In this document: positions 52,734 through 62,794 of the stretch, one piece after another | Position numbering within the stretch: position 1 is the first letter of the stretch | Layout of the letters: every line of letters begins with the position of its first letter | Virus record (IMG/VR): IMGVR_UViG_3300033075_001000 | Coordinates: 2,948 to 66,947 of that record | Strand: one strand, 5' to 3' | Source: a virus | Taxonomy: Duplodnaviria; Caudoviricetes | Length of the DNA: 64,000 nucleotides | Position numbers and translations under genes: made by a program | The notes under the pieces: generated by a model | Database searches by the model: none | What the model saw: only the letters and a program-made list of their open reading frames with translations | What the model was told of the DNA's origin: nothing

Positions 52734-53954
52734 CTATCCGACTCCTCTGAAGTATCCCTGGTAACGGCTTGCTCCCCGCGCGGAGAGGCGCCGGACAGGG
52801 TTCTGTTGCTGTGCCTTCTGCTGGATGTTCGCGATGTCTTCGAGCTCAGCATCGAACAGTCTCTCGAACTCGGAGGCCGCCTCGTGTTGGCCCCTGCTGG
52901 TCGAGATGAGCTTGCAGACCATGAAACTGATCGGGTTGACGAAGCCCTGCATGATGACGGCCTGGGCTGGCACCAGGGAGCCAGTGAAGTTCTCGAGGGC
53001 CCCCCAGTAGTCGATCCTGAGCTGCCGGTCCTCGGTGGCCCCCATGAGGCGTATCTCGCCGTCGTAGAAGTCCCAGTACCCGAGAGACGTCGTCTGGGCC
53101 TGGTTGGGGATCTGGTAGGGGCCTACGACTCGGTAGAAGTCCTGGTCGGTCCCGCCGATCTTGGCCTCCCAGAGCTCGTCCGGTTCGACGAAGTTCTCAG
53201 GGAGGATCGGCGGGTAAGTCGCCGAGAGCGGCTGGCCTGCCGTCGCGGTGTACCCGAGGAAGTCCTGGGTGTGCGTGATGGTCGGGAAGGCGACTTCGGC
53301 GACAAGCCCCGCGAGGACCGGGAAGACGATGTGGAGGGACCCGGCAACGATCCCGGGCGTGGTGATAGGGCCTGTCGTGACGACGACCTTCTGCCAGTTG
53401 GCCGTCACGTTGATGCTCTGCGAAGTCTCGTTCGCCCCAGAGAACCCCGCCGCGACGCTTGCCGTGTACGGAATGCCGCCAGAGGTCTTGATCCAGATGC
53501 TCACCGTGCAGAATTGGTTCGCGGTGCCCGCCGCGATGGTGACCGGCGATGTGACCGTCATCTCGTGTGCAGAGGCAGCGGCGAAGGCCCACTTCGCGGC
53601 CGTCGTGCCCCCGCTTGGGTCCGTCTGCGCGGCCGTGACGGTCGGGGCGTCGTAGGCCCCGATCGACCACTTCCCTGCGCCTACCGTGAAGTCCTTGGAG
53701 TAGGCGACGAGGTTGGGCGCGGCCTGAGCCGTGTCCTCCCTGTAGCGTCCGATACGCTTTGTCCCGGCCGGGACGATCATCGCCGAGTCCTGCCGAAACT
53801 TCGCCTGCTTGACGCTCCGGGACATGAGGTAGTTCGAGATCTTTCTCTGGGCTGTGTTCACGTACGGGAGGATGAAGTCCGCGGTGAACACACTCGTGCT
53901 GGCGTCGTCCAGGAGCGCCGGGACCGTCGTGATGATGTCCTGGAGTGTCGCCAT
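52734..53954 (-). CDS. Head-tail adaptor-like protein with an inserted carbohydrate-binding-like domain
   Basis: N-terminal TLQDIITTV..LLDD...YVNTAQRKI and C-terminal helix frame a beta-sandwich-like insert (PNLV.YS..F...W...TVSIWIK...W.KV.VT). Confidence 0.6.
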   Translation of the reverse strand: MATLQDIITTVPALLDDASTSVFTADFILPYVNTAQRKISNYLMSRSVKQAKFRQDSAMIVPAGTKRIGRYREDTAQAAPNLVAYSKDFTVGAGKWSIGAYDAPTVTAAQTDPSGGTTAAKWAFAAASAHEMTVTSPVTIAAGTANQFCTVSIWIKTSGGIPYTASVAAGFSGANETSQSINVTANWQKVVVTTGPITTPGIVAGSLHIVFPVLAGLVAEVAFPTITHTQDFLGYTATAGQPLSATYPPILPENFVEPDELWEAKIGGTDQDFYRVVGPYQIPNQAQTTSLGYWDFYDGEIRLMGATEDRQLRIDYWGALENFTGSLVPAQAVIMQGFVNPISFMVCKLISTSRGQHEAASEFERLFDAELEDIANIQQKAQQQNPVRRLSARGASRYQGYFRGVG

Positions 53955-53965
53955 TGACTATCCTC

Positions 53966-54643
53966 CTACTTCTGCTGCGCTGCCGGCGTGAGCCGCTTCT
54001 CGTCGGCCCAGGACGGCTTCCCGTTCTCGTCCCAGAAGATCCTCTGGCCGCACCCCTTCTGACCCACGGAGTGGATCTTGGCGCCCTTGTTCATGGGTTC
54101 GTTGCAGACCGGGCAGAGCACCTTCTCGACGGCGATCCAGTCGGCTGCCCACTCACGCTCGACGGAGATGACGCCGGCGGCGAGCTTGGCGTCGTCGCTG
54201 ATGTCGGTGATGCGCTGGGTCGCGGACCACATGCGATCTGCCTTCCGGACCGTGTCCTCGGCCCACTCCGCGAGCCGCTTGCGTGCGGAGATGATTTCCG
54301 CTTCCGTCGGCTCCTCGCCCTCCGGGACGAAAACGCCCCTGGACGTGAGCGAGTCGCTGCCAGCCAGGATGCCGGCGTAGTCCTTCGCGATCTCCTTGGC
54401 GGTGATCGCGAGAGCGGAGATGTGCTTGTCCTCCCCGAGGTCGTACTTGTCGTACCCGGGCTGGATCTCGACGAAGCTGTAGGCCATCTTCGGCGTGCAG
54501 GCCGGGAGCTCGTACTGGCCGTTCGCGTCGTGGAAGTAGAACGGCCGCGGGAAGACGCTGCACAGCTTGTGCTTGACGCGGGGGATGTACTCCTTGAGCG
54601 TCACCTGGGGGCCGTGTCCGGTCGCGGGGATCTGGATCGCCAT
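53966..54643 (-). CDS. Hypothetical protein with a C-terminal CxxC
   Basis: 225-aa ORF in the head module. Confidence 0.65.
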   Translation of the reverse strand: MAIQIPATGHGPQVTLKEYIPRVKHKLCSVFPRPFYFHDANGQYELPACTPKMAYSFVEIQPGYDKYDLGEDKHISALAITAKEIAKDYAGILAGSDSLTSRGVFVPEGEEPTEAEIISARKRLAEWAEDTVRKADRMWSATQRITDISDDAKLAAGVISVEREWAADWIAVEKVLCPVCNEPMNKGAKIHSVGQKGCGQRIFWDENGKPSWADEKRLTPAAQQK

Positions 54644-54655
54644 TGGGTGCTCCTT

Positions 54656-55285
54656 CTACACGCCCACTATCGGGCGTGGGTTCTTGCCTGAGACGGGCAC
54701 CCACGTACGGAACGGGAATGCCTTCGCCTCGGAGTCGATGATGTCGTGGAATCGCTTCCTGCGTGTTTCGAGGTCGTAGCTGTTGGAGGCAGCGGCAAGG
54801 GCCTTCTTCTCATCCCTCGTGCGTGCCGTCGCCCTCTGGTGCCAGCGGATCAGCTCTCTCACGGCGTCTTCGGTCGGAGACATGAAGTCGCCCGACTTCG
54901 ACTGGCAGACCGCGACGTGCTCGTACTCCCCCCGCGATGGGAAGGGGCCGAGAGCAGGGACGCGAGTCCCCTCGATCCACTGGTACGTTCCGTCTTCCCA
55001 TGCGTCGGGGCTCCCGTAGATTTCGCAGGGCTTCTTCACTTCGAGATGGAAGCGGTCCCGCGGGTGATACCGGGGCCACCACTCGGCACGTAGCTCGCGC
55101 CGGATGAGGTTGTCGCTGTCGTCGTAGTCAGAGTGAAGGCCGACGCGGAGCTCGAGCCTGCTCCAGCCCCACACCAGCCGGTAGATAGGGTCTCCGTAGA
55201 GGTCACGACCTCCGGCCGCGATCACCGCCTTCTTGACGATGTCGCTTGGCTCGAGGTCGTAGGTCTCTCCGACGAGGATGTTCAT
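54656..55285 (-). CDS. Hypothetical protein
   Basis: 209-aa ORF after the capsid terminator; GGRDLYGDPIYRLVWG. Confidence 0.65.
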   Translation of the reverse strand: MNILVGETYDLEPSDIVKKAVIAAGGRDLYGDPIYRLVWGWSRLELRVGLHSDYDDSDNLIRRELRAEWWPRYHPRDRFHLEVKKPCEIYGSPDAWEDGTYQWIEGTRVPALGPFPSRGEYEHVAVCQSKSGDFMSPTEDAVRELIRWHQRATARTRDEKKALAAASNSYDLETRRKRFHDIIDSEAKAFPFRTWVPVSGKNPRPIVGV

Positions 55286-55296
55286 GCTTCTCCGGT

Positions 55297-55326
55297 AAAG
55301 CCCGGGAGGCCGAAGCCCCCCGGGCT
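55297..55326 (-). terminator. Intrinsic terminator after the major capsid gene
   Basis: AGCCCGGGGGGC-UUCG-GCCUCCCGGGCU-UU on the - strand. Confidence 0.75.
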
Positions 55327-55348
55327 AATCACACGTTGAGACGAGTTC

Positions 55349-56593
55349 TCAGTAACCCGTTGGCACGGTGAGGCTGCTTACGTAGCCCGCTCGGCTCGGA
55401 TCGTCGACGAAATACTGCGCGATCTGCGCGATGTAGGTGATCTCGGCAGCCGCGAGGCCACCGGAGGCACCGTAGATCTGGAACACGGAGTCATCCTCGA
55501 CCGTGTAGAGGCCGATGGGGAGGGTCTCGCCGCGGCCCCAGTTCTTCCAGTCGATGAGATCCATGCGCGAGGGGTCGGCGTTGGTCGACACGAGGACCGA
55601 CATGCCGTCGATGGAGAGCTTGTCGACGTTGAACATCGCCTCCATGCCCGGGTGGTCGGAGCCGCGGTCGTAGCGGGTCTGCGAGATCCCGATGTCCTCG
55701 TAGGCCTGCCGCTGCGCGGGCGCGATGAACCACTGCCACTTGCCGTTCTGCCAGACCTTCATGCCGCGGTTGAGCTCCATGAGGGACTTGAGCAGGCGGA
55801 TGTGGTACGGCGCGAGCGAGCCGCCGGCGGTGACGGCCGGGGTCCGGATCTGCGGGTAGGTGGCCCGGTTCATGCCCATCCAGGTGCCGGTGGCCGCGCT
55901 GTTGTGGTGGTACTTGAGGCCGTAGAGCCACGTCGGGGTGGCGCCGGTGATGTTGTCGATGAGGATCTTGTCGCCGTTCGTGTAGCCCGCCGGGAGGGCG
56001 TCGAACGTGGCCGACTTGTTCGGGTAGTCGACCGACTGGCAGAGCGCCATGCCGCGGTTGGTGGCGAGCGTGGTGTCGTAGAAGGTGTACTTGTTGTTCG
56101 GGCGCAGGAGGCGCGAACCGACCGGGGACGTCATGACGACCGTGGGGGCACTGACGGACGTCGAGGTCACCGCGAGAACGCCGTCACCGGCGGTCATGAG
56201 GTGGCGATCGAGGTGCGTCTTGTACTCCTCCATGCCGTCCGTGAGGAGGTCCTTGGCCGCATTGTGGATCGCGATCGAGTCGTTCGCGGTGTTCCACTTG
56301 ACGCTCTTGTTCTGCTCGAGAGCGATGAGGGTCGGCAGGGGCGTGAGCACGGCCGCGTCGTACACGGCCGCGTTGCCGCGTCCCATGTCGCCGCCGTCCG
56401 GGCTGAACGTCCTGAACTGGCCGCCGGAGCTCATCTTCTTGGGGAGACGCAGCGTCCGGGGGCCGGCGCGCTCGACGTCGGCGCGCGACTGGATGTTGGA
56501 GCAGAAGTCCTGCTCGGCCTCGAAGAGCACCGGGATGACCTCCCGGTAGGTCTCCTTAAACAGGGCAGCTACGTTGGCCTGGGTCTGTGCCAT
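55349..56593 (-). CDS. Major capsid protein
   Basis: 414 aa after portal and scaffold, followed by a terminator; YLYGLKYH..GTWMG.NRATYP-type motif. Confidence 0.85.
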   Translation of the reverse strand: MAQTQANVAALFKETYREVIPVLFEAEQDFCSNIQSRADVERAGPRTLRLPKKMSSGGQFRTFSPDGGDMGRGNAAVYDAAVLTPLPTLIALEQNKSVKWNTANDSIAIHNAAKDLLTDGMEEYKTHLDRHLMTAGDGVLAVTSTSVSAPTVVMTSPVGSRLLRPNNKYTFYDTTLATNRGMALCQSVDYPNKSATFDALPAGYTNGDKILIDNITGATPTWLYGLKYHHNSAATGTWMGMNRATYPQIRTPAVTAGGSLAPYHIRLLKSLMELNRGMKVWQNGKWQWFIAPAQRQAYEDIGISQTRYDRGSDHPGMEAMFNVDKLSIDGMSVLVSTNADPSRMDLIDWKNWGRGETLPIGLYTVEDDSVFQIYGASGGLAAAEITYIAQIAQYFVDDPSRAGYVSSLTVPTGY

Positions 56594-56605
56594 GACGGCA
56601 ACTCC

Positions 56606-58081
56606 TTACCGCTTGAGTCGGTGCGCGAAGAACACATCGAATGCGTCCTTCATCCCAACGCCTTTCAGGTTCGGCGCCTGTTCGGTGGGAAGAGCTGGCC
56701 TGCCCCCAGCCGCTACCGGCTCGCGCCGGGAGAGGATGCGGTCCTGCTTCTGCTCGCGCTGGTTGAAGACGTGCTCGAACATCGAGCCGTACTCGGCGAG
56801 GACGTCGCCTGCATGACGGCTGAGAAGCCCGAGCCCCTGGTCCACGAGGAACTTCGCCACCATCGCCTTGTGCTGTGCACTGCCGTCACCGTTCTTCAGG
56901 AGCTGCTCGTACCGCGTGGCGATCGCCTGGTTCGCCTGTACGGTCTCGTAGATCCTTCTGCCGATCTCGTTCGCCATCCGCTGGCGCGTCGTCTCGTTGA
57001 AGACGCCGTCGGGATCGGACTGCTCGATGACCTTGTTCACTTCGGACATGACGGTGGTGGCAGCCTGTTCATACGTGCTCTGGTGGAACTGCTGAACCTG
57101 CTGTTCGTAGATGGCGCGCTCGCGCCCCTTCAGCTCCTCCAGTTCGGCACGTACGGGATCGAGGGCCGGTTCTTGCTCCGCCGGCTCAGCGGAGGGTCGT
57201 GGTTCCAGGGTGATCCCTGAGTATTCGGCGACGATGTCGAAAGCCGCCTCGAGCTCTGCGTTCCCCGTCTTTGCCGCTTCCCTCTTCGCGTTCCGGTAGA
57301 GGTTCGTGAGGGCAGCCTGGCCGACGTTGGTGAAGGAGTCGGGTACGGCTTTCTCGAGCCACCCAGGGTCCGTGACGATCGACACGAGGCCCTTGAGGGC
57401 CTCGGGGTTGGTCTTGCTCAGCCTGGTAGCGAAGCGGAAGTTGTCTTCGGGGTTGGCCGAGTTGAAGTCCGACAGCATCTCCCGGCCCACTTTCGCTTCG
57501 CCGTTGATCTGCTTGAGGACGTCCACCGTCGGGGCGATCTCCAGGTATGCGGGCACGGCGGCGAGCGGCATCCCGGTATCCCGGTAGGCTCTGCCGACGA
57601 AGTACGTGTCCGCGATCTCCTTCCTGGTCTTCGAGTCCACCGGGCCCCCGGTTTCCGGGTCCGTGAGGACCTTGAGGATGTTCCTGACCTTCGGGGGTAC
57701 GGTGCGCTCGAGACGTGCAGCGAGCTCCGACGGCACTTCCGCCGGGAGATCGCTCTTGGCCTGGGCCTTCGCCTCCGCCTTCTCCTGGAGCCTGTCCTCG
57801 ATCTTCTCGGTGCTCTGGGGGGCCGTCGGCTCATCCTGGCTGGGCTCGACGACCTCGGGGGCGGCTTCCCTTTCGATCGCGGCCTTCTTGTCCGCGAAAA
57901 CGGCATCGAATGCATCGCGCGTGCTCATCCCGGGCTTGAGGACGGACGCTGGCGTCGTCGGCGCAGAGGGCGCCGGGGTAGGCGTCGGAGCGGGTGTCGA
58001 TGGGGCAGACGGCGCAGAGACCGGTGCCGACGGGGCCGGGGAGGCCGCGGGGGCGGAGGCTGCGGGTGCGATGGCTGACAT
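56606..58081 (-). CDS. Scaffolding protein
   Basis: Ala/Pro-rich N-terminus and charged helices; between portal and capsid. Confidence 0.7.
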   Translation of the reverse strand: MSAIAPAASAPAASPAPSAPVSAPSAPSTPAPTPTPAPSAPTTPASVLKPGMSTRDAFDAVFADKKAAIEREAAPEVVEPSQDEPTAPQSTEKIEDRLQEKAEAKAQAKSDLPAEVPSELAARLERTVPPKVRNILKVLTDPETGGPVDSKTRKEIADTYFVGRAYRDTGMPLAAVPAYLEIAPTVDVLKQINGEAKVGREMLSDFNSANPEDNFRFATRLSKTNPEALKGLVSIVTDPGWLEKAVPDSFTNVGQAALTNLYRNAKREAAKTGNAELEAAFDIVAEYSGITLEPRPSAEPAEQEPALDPVRAELEELKGRERAIYEQQVQQFHQSTYEQAATTVMSEVNKVIEQSDPDGVFNETTRQRMANEIGRRIYETVQANQAIATRYEQLLKNGDGSAQHKAMVAKFLVDQGLGLLSRHAGDVLAEYGSMFEHVFNQREQKQDRILSRREPVAAGGRPALPTEQAPNLKGVGMKDAFDVFFAHRLKR

Positions 58082-58122
58082 CTACTTCTCTCTTCTCGCC
58101 GGCTCAGCGGGCCCCGGCATCG

Positions 58123-60471
58123 TTACGCTGGCCCCGGAGGGGGTGAAGGCTTGTCCTCGGGAGCTCCGGGTTCTCCTTCGGCAGGGGGAGGCATCGGGGG
58201 CATCATTCGCTTCTTCAGCTCGAGCGCGTAGAGGATGAAGTTGAGGTACCCGGGCGCCTGGGCCGCCTTCAGGGCCATGCCTTCTGCGGACTGGTCGAAG
58301 TCCATGCAGGCCTCGAGATAGGCGTCGTACGGGTCCAGCTCGCCCGGCATGATGCTGGGCTGCGGGGGCCCAGGGACGAGGATGGGCTGACCGTTGGGGC
58401 CGACGACCGGGAGGCCGGTCATCGGGTCTAGCTGGGGCATCGGCGGCCCTGGGATGGGCTCTGCCTGGATGAGCTGCTGGATGACGGTCCAGGCGTTCTT
58501 GTAGCCCTTCTCTCCCGGCATCTCGAGCTCAAACCCGAGAAGCCTCTTCATCGGGTCTGCGTTGGCGAGCTTCATCATGGCGCCCTGGAAGAGCGGGTTG
58601 CCCATCAGGGTCATGACGAGTCCCTGGCGCTGCGGCCAGGTGGTCGGGTAGTCCTCCGTGGACTCTGCGAACGTCTGGTACTGGCCCTGCTTGATCTTCG
58701 CAGGGTCGACCGTGATGTTGATGAACGAGCCGCCCTCGGTCTGCTCCGTGATCGACTCGGGACCCATGTCGTTCTTGACGAACTCCTGGACCAGGAGAGG
58801 GGCCACGTCCTCGTGGTGTTCCTTGAGCACGCGCCAGAAGATCCCGATCCGGCCCATGGCCGAATCCTTCTCCATGGCGATGCCGCTCGCGGTGTTGTTG
58901 GATCCCGTGCTGCCGCCGTAAGCGGCAGGGAAAGCGCCGACGGTGAACTGGGGGATCTCCGTACGCATCTCCCGCATCAGTTCGCCCGTGTACTGGGGGA
59001 GCATCCCTGGCTGTGTCTGCCAGAACGAGTCGCTGACCGATCGTCCCGCCTTCGCCCGGACGTTGTACATGGCGCCGGCGAGAACGCTGGACCTTGCCCA
59101 CCGGTCGACGTCGAGGACGTCGTTGTCGACGAATGTCGCCGGGAGCGTGAACTCCACGGAGTCGCGAACGATGTTGTAGAGGTCGTTCGTGATCTCCTGG
59201 AGCTGGACGAGACTGCCGCCGATCGGCTCGCGCACCTGGCCGCGGCCGGGCATGGCGTGGCAGACGCGCCAGTGGTCGTCCATTTTCTCGGTTCTGCCTT
59301 CGCAGAAGACGTCTTCCGAGAAGGCCGCGTAGCATCCGTCCGGGTACATCTGTAGGAGCTCGTCTCGGAGGCTTGCCTCGTCGAGCTGGTAGAAAGCCCA
59401 CGGACGGAGCCACGCTTCCTTGAATGTCACTTCGTCGCCCATGTTGACCTGCACGGCCCTGTTCTCGACCGTCAGGCCCTGTTGGAGCTGGCGGCGGGCC
59501 TTGCGCTCCACAGAGTCCGACCCGGCCCCGGAGCCTGCCCCGCCACCGACGATGCGGTCCGCGATCTCCGGGTAGGCTCTCCGAACGTAGGCCTTGTGGA
59601 GCTCCCTGGACCGGATGATGTAGGGGAACTCCGACTGATCCTTTGCGTTGGGAGGCAGCTTCAGCTCGAGCCCTCCGACGACGTCCCATGTGACCCTTGA
59701 GCGGGGGATCTTCTTCGTGCCCGTCTGGACGTTCTTCATGACCGTCTTGGGGGGCACGATGGAGGCGTCGGTGTAGGGCGTCCCGCAGGCCGCGCATGTG
59801 CCGTCACCGAGGTCGGCCGACTGCGCCTGGCAGGACATGCACCGGTAGCTTTCGGGGCCGACCTGCTGGGGGACCTGGGTGAACGTGGGCTCTTCGATCC
59901 AGCCGTAGCGGTCGCCGTCTGCGACGGTGTGGACGTACGATCCGAAGCTCCCGTCGCACCAGAGCGTGTAGACCTCTTCGAGAAGCCGCTGGTGCTTCTT
60001 CGACTGCCGCTCGAAGATCTTGACGTAGTCCGTGGCGCCGTCGGCAGAATCGCGATCGCCCGGGTCGTCGGCTCGCAGCGGGAAGAAGCGCACCGTCGGG
60101 TGGTTCGCCGTCAGAATGGCGATCATCGCCATGGCGAAGCCCTGGTAGACGTTGATGGTGTAGAGGTTCTGGGCCTGGGCCGGGGTTGCGCCGGCCAGGA
60201 GCCCGCCAGTCTGCGTGGGGGCCCTGTAGGCACCGATCCGGGGATCCCACCAGAGGTACTGGTTGCCGCGGAAGAACTCGTGGTTCTTCAGGCACCGGCG
60301 GATGTACTCGCGCCGGCTCTGGTCGCTCTCGGTCTCGAACTTGAGGATCAGCTCACGTAGGGCCTTCTGGATGTGCTCTGGAGTCTTCAGCGAGGCTGGA
60401 ACGTCTTTCTGATCGCCCCCTGGCATCTGGGCCATCTTCGCGGCCAGGACAGAATCAAAAATGGAGCTCAC
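58123..60471 (-). CDS. Portal protein (P22-like, 782 aa)
   Basis: HEFFRGNQY, YTINVY..F, TANHP.VRFFP, QEITND..N; Pro-rich tail; position. Confidence 0.85.
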   Translation of the reverse strand: MSSIFDSVLAAKMAQMPGGDQKDVPASLKTPEHIQKALRELILKFETESDQSRREYIRRCLKNHEFFRGNQYLWWDPRIGAYRAPTQTGGLLAGATPAQAQNLYTINVYQGFAMAMIAILTANHPTVRFFPLRADDPGDRDSADGATDYVKIFERQSKKHQRLLEEVYTLWCDGSFGSYVHTVADGDRYGWIEEPTFTQVPQQVGPESYRCMSCQAQSADLGDGTCAACGTPYTDASIVPPKTVMKNVQTGTKKIPRSRVTWDVVGGLELKLPPNAKDQSEFPYIIRSRELHKAYVRRAYPEIADRIVGGGAGSGAGSDSVERKARRQLQQGLTVENRAVQVNMGDEVTFKEAWLRPWAFYQLDEASLRDELLQMYPDGCYAAFSEDVFCEGRTEKMDDHWRVCHAMPGRGQVREPIGGSLVQLQEITNDLYNIVRDSVEFTLPATFVDNDVLDVDRWARSSVLAGAMYNVRAKAGRSVSDSFWQTQPGMLPQYTGELMREMRTEIPQFTVGAFPAAYGGSTGSNNTASGIAMEKDSAMGRIGIFWRVLKEHHEDVAPLLVQEFVKNDMGPESITEQTEGGSFINITVDPAKIKQGQYQTFAESTEDYPTTWPQRQGLVMTLMGNPLFQGAMMKLANADPMKRLLGFELEMPGEKGYKNAWTVIQQLIQAEPIPGPPMPQLDPMTGLPVVGPNGQPILVPGPPQPSIMPGELDPYDAYLEACMDFDQSAEGMALKAAQAPGYLNFILYALELKKRMMPPMPPPAEGEPGAPEDKPSPPPGPA

Positions 60472-60860
60472 CGATCACTCCCCAGGCCGATCAGTTCTTT
60501 CTCGGCGGCCGTCTCGAGGTTCGCTACCCACGCCCGCATACTCGTGACACGGCTGGTCCCGGTGATGTTGGTGCGGGAAAGGATCTCTTTTCTCTCCGTG
60601 AGCTCCGTGTTGTTCAGGTCCCGGATGTCCTTCAGGAGCTGCTTGACGTCGTCGCGGTATTTCGTGACCTCGCAGAGGACCTCGTCCTGCTTGCGCCGGA
60701 TGTCCCCGAGGTCCCCGCGAAACCCGTCAATCGCAACCTGTTGGAGATGGAGTCTCGCCGCGGTCGCCACCAAGGCGGCATTCAGGCGCCGGATGACCCA
60801 CGCGCAGTAACCTACGCCGGCCGCGATGATGGCGAGGGCGACGGCTTCCACTGCTACCAC
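60468..60860 (-). CDS. Membrane-anchored coiled-coil protein
   Basis: N-terminal TM segment (VALAIIAAGVGYCAWVI) followed by heptads. Confidence 0.55.
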   Translation of the reverse strand: MVAVEAVALAIIAAGVGYCAWVIRRLNAALVATAARLHLQQVAIDGFRGDLGDIRRKQDEVLCEVTKYRDDVKQLLKDIRDLNNTELTERKEILSRTNITGTSRVTSMRAWVANLETAAEKELIGLGSDR

Positions 60861-61204
60861 CCCTTCGACTTCTCCATCCCCCAGGGCTTGTGCTTGCCCT
60901 TCTGGGCCCCGTACTTCTTGGAGATCTCCCTCTCCTCGTTCGCCTCTTCCTCGGGAGTCTCCTTGCCCTTGTGCGACTCGAGCGGGGCCTTCAGGGCGAC
61001 GCCGTGCTCGACCTCTTCCTCGGCCATGGTTTCCTTCCCTTCGTACGGAGCGGAGTCGCCGGCGGCCTTGGGCATCCGCTCGGTCGTCTTCGTCATCACG
61101 TTCTTCATGGCCTCATCACCCTTCGCCTTGACGTGAGAGGTGAACCTGCCCATTTCGTCCCTGCCTGTAGTCGCCATTGCTTCCCCCTTCAAATTCTCGG
61201 GCAT
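60854..61204 (-). CDS. Charged hypothetical protein
   Basis: Lys/Glu-rich; GRDEMGRF motif. Confidence 0.55.
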   Translation of the reverse strand: MPENLKGEAMATTGRDEMGRFTSHVKAKGDEAMKNVMTKTTERMPKAAGDSAPYEGKETMAEEEVEHGVALKAPLESHKGKETPEEEANEEREISKKYGAQKGKHKPWGMEKSKGW

Positions 61205-61225
61205 AACCCGTTTTGATTCATGGCC

Positions 61226-61762
61226 CTAGATCCCGTTGGTCCTGTACGCCGACTCCCACCTCAGAATGGGTTGCACGTACGCCTCCCAGTTGGCCTGGGT
61301 GGGGCGTCCTGCGTTGTATGCCGAGACCGCGTCAACCTCGTCGTACTTCGAAAGAAGGTTCGCCAGGAGGCGGCAGGCGTACTCGAGGCCCACCTCCGGG
61401 TCGCAGAGCTCTGGGAAGAACCCCCCCTTGAAGCCGTGTTCCCGGGCAACCGCACCCATGACCTGCGCCAGGCCCCAGCTCGCCTGCTGGCCCCACCACT
61501 CCTGGTCCTTGTCTCCGGCCGCCGCCATGAAGTCGGCTGGGGGCACTTCCGAGACCCTTTCTGCCGTCGTCAGGGCCCGGAACGGGGCCCTCCTGGCGAC
61601 GTCCCAGAGGTAGCGGTAGGCAGGTTCGGGGTTCCATGCCCACGGGTTGAAGGAGCTCTCCTTGGCGCACACGGCCGCCAGGAGAGGCACCGGGATGGCG
61701 TGCCGGGTTGCCACCGCGACGATGTGGGGAGCGATTTCCGGCGGGACGACGGGCGGCATCAT
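61226..61762 (-). CDS. SLT-type lytic transglycosylase (endolysin)
   Basis: AVCAKESSFNPWA (catalytic E), SWGLAQVM, DPEVGLEYAC, AVSAYNAG. Confidence 0.9.
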   Translation of the reverse strand: MMPPVVPPEIAPHIVAVATRHAIPVPLLAAVCAKESSFNPWAWNPEPAYRYLWDVARRAPFRALTTAERVSEVPPADFMAAAGDKDQEWWGQQASWGLAQVMGAVAREHGFKGGFFPELCDPEVGLEYACRLLANLLSKYDEVDAVSAYNAGRPTQANWEAYVQPILRWESAYRTNGI

Positions 61763-62313
61763 GGCTTTCTTCCCCTGTGCGGCGTGCCGTCGAAGCCGTC
61801 GGGGTCTGTCTCGCGACACGGGTGCGGCGACCGCTTCGGGTCGCGCGGTCCCATCATCCGGGCGTGTTCGTCCTCGATCGTGCTGAGGCGCTTGTCGATG
61901 CCGTCGAGGAGCCTGACGTCCGTCTTCACGGTTTCTTGGATGACGTTCAGCCGTCCGATAACGTCACGCATCGCAAGGTCGAGTCCGTGCATCGCAACGA
62001 GCAGCCCCTCGTGGTTCTTGTGCGCGGCTGGCTCGTGCGCGTCCTCGTCCAAGTTGTGGGCCTTGATCGCTTCCCCGTTCGCGTCCGCCAGCCGTGAGCC
62101 ACTCCACCGCCACATCGCGACGAGCGCGAGCGCCCAGACGGTCAGGTTGGCGATGACGAGATAGGCCAGGCGGTCGATGACGAGTTCCGCAACCCCGGCG
62201 TCCGCCCTGCCCGCTGCCGCCACCTGGGCGAGCGCGGCCGTCCCGGTCGAGAGCGCGACGAGTAGCGTCCCGAAGACGAGTAGGGCCGGGGCGGAGCGGC
62301 GCATCCGGATCAC
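61759..62313 (-). CDS. Membrane protein of the lysis cassette (2 hydrophobic segments + coiled coil)
   Basis: LLVFGTLLVALSTGTAALA and LAYLVIANLTVWALALVAMW; adjacent to the endolysin. Confidence 0.55.
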   Translation of the reverse strand: MIRMRRSAPALLVFGTLLVALSTGTAALAQVAAAGRADAGVAELVIDRLAYLVIANLTVWALALVAMWRWSGSRLADANGEAIKAHNLDEDAHEPAAHKNHEGLLVAMHGLDLAMRDVIGRLNVIQETVKTDVRLLDGIDKRLSTIEDEHARMMGPRDPKRSPHPCRETDPDGFDGTPHRGRKP

Positions 62314-62567
62314 GGCTTGGGGTCTCCCGGCGCTACGTTGTTACGGTTGAGGGCGCTGACCGGAGCGATCACGTCCGGCTTGAACCACTCGCGCAGGATG
62401 AGGATGGCGTTGGAGAGCAGAGGGATGACGAGCATCTCCCTCCACGAGTTCCAGTCGTTCGTCTGGAAGGCGTAGACGAGGAAGCCGAGGGCGAGGAGCG
62501 CGGCGCTCTGCCAGAGGGCCGTGAACCGCTGCGACTTGTACCAGGGGACGGGAGGAGTCTCGGTCAC
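62310..62567 (-). CDS. Holin-like protein
   Basis: PWYKSQRF start and two hydrophobic segments. Confidence 0.55.
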   Translation of the reverse strand: MTETPPVPWYKSQRFTALWQSAALLALGFLVYAFQTNDWNSWREMLVIPLLSNAILILREWFKPDVIAPVSALNRNNVAPGDPKP

Positions 62568-62794
62568 TTCGGCACCTCGATCAGCGGCGTCGAGTGCCGC
62601 GCGAAGATCGCCTCTGCCTTGGCGCGACGCTCCGTCCGCTCTGCGTCGGTCTCTTCGGCTACGAGGCCGAGCGCGTCGTTCAGCGACTGGAGGATCGGGA
62701 CCGCGTCAGGGATCGCGACCTTGCCCTTGGTGACTGCCTTCACGATGAGGTTGATCCCCTGCCCGACGAGGAGGGCGATGATCGGGTCCATCAC
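62564..62794 (-). CDS. Hypothetical protein
   Basis: Coupled; amphipathic N-terminus. Confidence 0.55.
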   Translation of the reverse strand: MMDPIIALLVGQGINLIVKAVTKGKVAIPDAVPILQSLNDALGLVAEETDAERTERRAKAEAIFARHSTPLIEVPK

